Part shown: positions 62,581 through 64,000 of the stretch, in pieces
How the letters are laid out: each line of letters opens with the position of its first letter
How positions within the stretch are numbered: position 1 is the stretch's first letter
Notes under the pieces: generated by a model
Databases searched by the model: none
What the model was told of the DNA's origin: nothing
The model's input: only the letters and a program-made list of their open reading frames with translations
Origin: an uncultured Eubacteriales bacterium
Lineage (GTDB): Bacteria > Bacillota > Clostridia > Peptostreptococcales > Anaerovoracaceae
NCBI GenBank assembly: GCA_900315555.1
Contig: OMZN01000018.1
Coordinates: 24,467 to 88,466, forward strand
Length of the DNA stretch: 64,000 bases
Reading direction: 5' to 3'
Position numbers and translations under genes: made by a program

Positions 62581-63804
62581 ATGTTGCAATTCGAAAACAG
62601 CGATACGCAGAATGCCCGCATACTGGTCGTCGGCGTCGGCGGCGGCGGATGCAATGCGGTCAATCGTATGATAGATGATAATTTGAAAAACGTCAATTAT
62701 CTGGCGGTGAATACAGATAAGCAGGCGCTCGGTACCTGCAAGGCCGAGAACAAGATCCAGATCGGCGAGAAACTGACCAAAGGTCTTGGCGCCGGCGGCA
62801 ATCCGGAGATCGGCCAGAAGTCGGCGGAGGAGAATGCCGAGGATATCGGCAAGCGGCTGCAGGGTGCCGAGATGGTTTTCGTGACTGCCGGCATGGGCGG
62901 CGGTACAGGAACCGGCGCAGCGCCGATTATTGCCAAGGTGGCCAAAGACATGGGCATCCTGACGGTAGCTGTCGTAACCAAGCCGTTTACCTTTGAGGGA
63001 AGGAAGCGCGCTGAACATGCGGAGCTGGGGATCAAGTTCCTTAAACAATATGTAGATACTATTGTCGTTGTGCCTAATGACAAGCTTCTGGAGATCGCCG
63101 AGGAAAAGACGACCTTCATCGAGGCGCTCAATATGGCCGATGAGGCGCTCAAGCAGGGCGTGCAGGGAATCACTGACCTGATCGGCAACGAGGGCATGAT
63201 CAACCTGGATTTTGCCGATGTGGAAACCGTCATGCGCGACCGTGGTGTGGCGCATATGGGCATTGGCTCCGGCAAGGGCGAGGACAAGGTGCGTCACGCC
63301 GTACGTGCAGCCATCGAAAGCCCGCTGCTGGAGACCACGGTGGCCGGTGCCAAGGCTATCCTGCTCAATGTGACCGGCGGCATGGATCTTGGGATGATGG
63401 AGGTCAACGAGGCGGCAGAACAGGTGCAGAGTGTCGCTGACAAGGATGCCATTATCATCTTCGGTGCAGCCATTTCTGAAGAGCTGCAGGATACCATGAA
63501 CGTCACTGTGATTGCCACCGGCTTTGAAAATCAGCCGGGCAATTATGCCAAGGGTACCACCTTCACAGAGAATGGCTTTGTCAAGAGCGAGGAGCCGGCA
63601 GCCTCTGCTGAAGAAGAAGCCGGTGCCCAGGAAGCGCCGGAGGAAGCAGACGAAGCGCAGGATGGACAGGAAGAGGCCGAAGCGCCTTCTTCTGAAAGCG
63701 AAAGCAAGGCCAGAACCTTCAGCAATCTTTTAGACGAAATGGATAAGGAGCAGGAGGAAAAAAAGCGTTCATCGAAGTTCGATATCCCCTCCTTCCTGAA
63801 ATAG
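62581..63804 (+). CDS. ftsZ: cell division protein FtsZ
   Basis: [13 protein letters not shown], the [10 protein letters not shown] tubulin signature, an acidic linker and the C-terminal peptide KFDIPSFLK. Confidence 0.97.
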   Translation: MLQFENSDTQNARILVVGVGGGGCNAVNRMIDDNLKNVNYLAVNTDKQALGTCKAENKIQIGEKLTKGLGAGGNPEIGQKSAEENAEDIGKRLQGAEMVFVTAGMGGGTGTGAAPIIAKVAKDMGILTVAVVTKPFTFEGRKRAEHAELGIKFLKQYVDTIVVVPNDKLLEIAEEKTTFIEALNMADEALKQGVQGITDLIGNEGMINLDFADVETVMRDRGVAHMGIGSGKGEDKVRHAVRAAIESPLLETTVAGAKAILLNVTGGMDLGMMEVNEAAEQVQSVADKDAIIIFGAAISEELQDTMNVTVIATGFENQPGNYAKGTTFTENGFVKSEEPAASAEEEAGAQEAPEEADEAQDGQEEAEAPSSESESKARTFSNLLDEMDKEQEEKKRSSKFDIPSFLK

Positions 63805-63825
63805 CAAGTCAATTCACTTGAAAGG

Positions 63826-63850
63826 GGCCGGCGCCTGCCGGTCTCTTTTA
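63826..63850 (+). terminator. intrinsic terminator after ftsZ
   Basis: 7-bp stem GGCCGGC / GCCGGTC with loop GCCT, then TCTTTTA. Confidence 0.55.
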
Positions 63851-63902
63851 TGAGCTGTCATGTCCTGTCTGCATGGCAGACCAAACTGCAGACACAGTCA
63901 AT

Positions 63903-64000
63903 ATGAAAACCATCGCCTCGAAAGACAATCCCACAATCCGCAGATGCCTGGCACTGCACAGCAAAAAGTACAGGGATCGCTATGGCGAATTTCTCGTGGA
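63903..64000 (+). CDS. TrmH/SpoU-family RNA methyltransferase, N-terminal fragment (runs off window)
   Basis: MKTIASKDNPTIRRCLALHSKKYRDRYGEFLV matches the usual SpoU substrate-binding N-terminus (ITS..N..IK....L..KK.R.....F..EG). Only 32 codons are visible. Confidence 0.45.
   Translation, partial: MKTIASKDNPTIRRCLALHSKKYRDRYGEFLV

Overview
This is a visibly GC-rich chromosomal segment of Firmicutes/Clostridia type; the taxon is inferred only from gene content and synteny. It holds about 55 protein genes. Most are conserved housekeeping blocks: a 5'-truncated ylmH-like gene, mtnA, scpA-scpB, a T-box-controlled valS-folC block, plsX-rnc-smc-ftsY, der-plsY-gpsA-miaB, nifJ (PFOR), deoC, azlCD, rarA, ychF, lgt, and a dcw cluster (mraZ-rsmH-ftsL-PBP-murF-mraY-murD-ftsW-murG-ftsQ-ftsZ). 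Two accessory cell-surface modules flank nifJ. The first is a secreted, C-terminally anchored protein with an animal-like C-type lectin domain that keeps the EPN and WND sugar/Ca2+ motifs. The second is a five-gene sortase-pilus operon: VWA tip adhesin, signal-peptidase-I homologue lacking the Ser/Lys dyad, backbone pilin, class-B-type sortase, LPKTG base pilin. This order mirrors the Streptococcus pyogenes FCT pilus (cpa-sipA-fctA-srtC-fctB). Other items worth a second look: three perfect DnaA boxes in a non-oriC intergenic region; a helically phased TGTGCA repeat array between convergent gene ends; a perfect 15-bp tandem repeat upstream of the pilus operon; an orphan radical-SAM gene with its own promoter and terminator; an overlapping glutamate-cysteine-ligase / Ntn-amidotransferase pair; and an AraC-linked operon containing an unrecognisable 387-aa protein. 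I recognised no rRNA, tRNA, CRISPR array, transposase or integrase by eye. The many very long antisense ORFs in the track are codon-register shadows of real genes. All family assignments come from reading motifs by eye, not from database searches.
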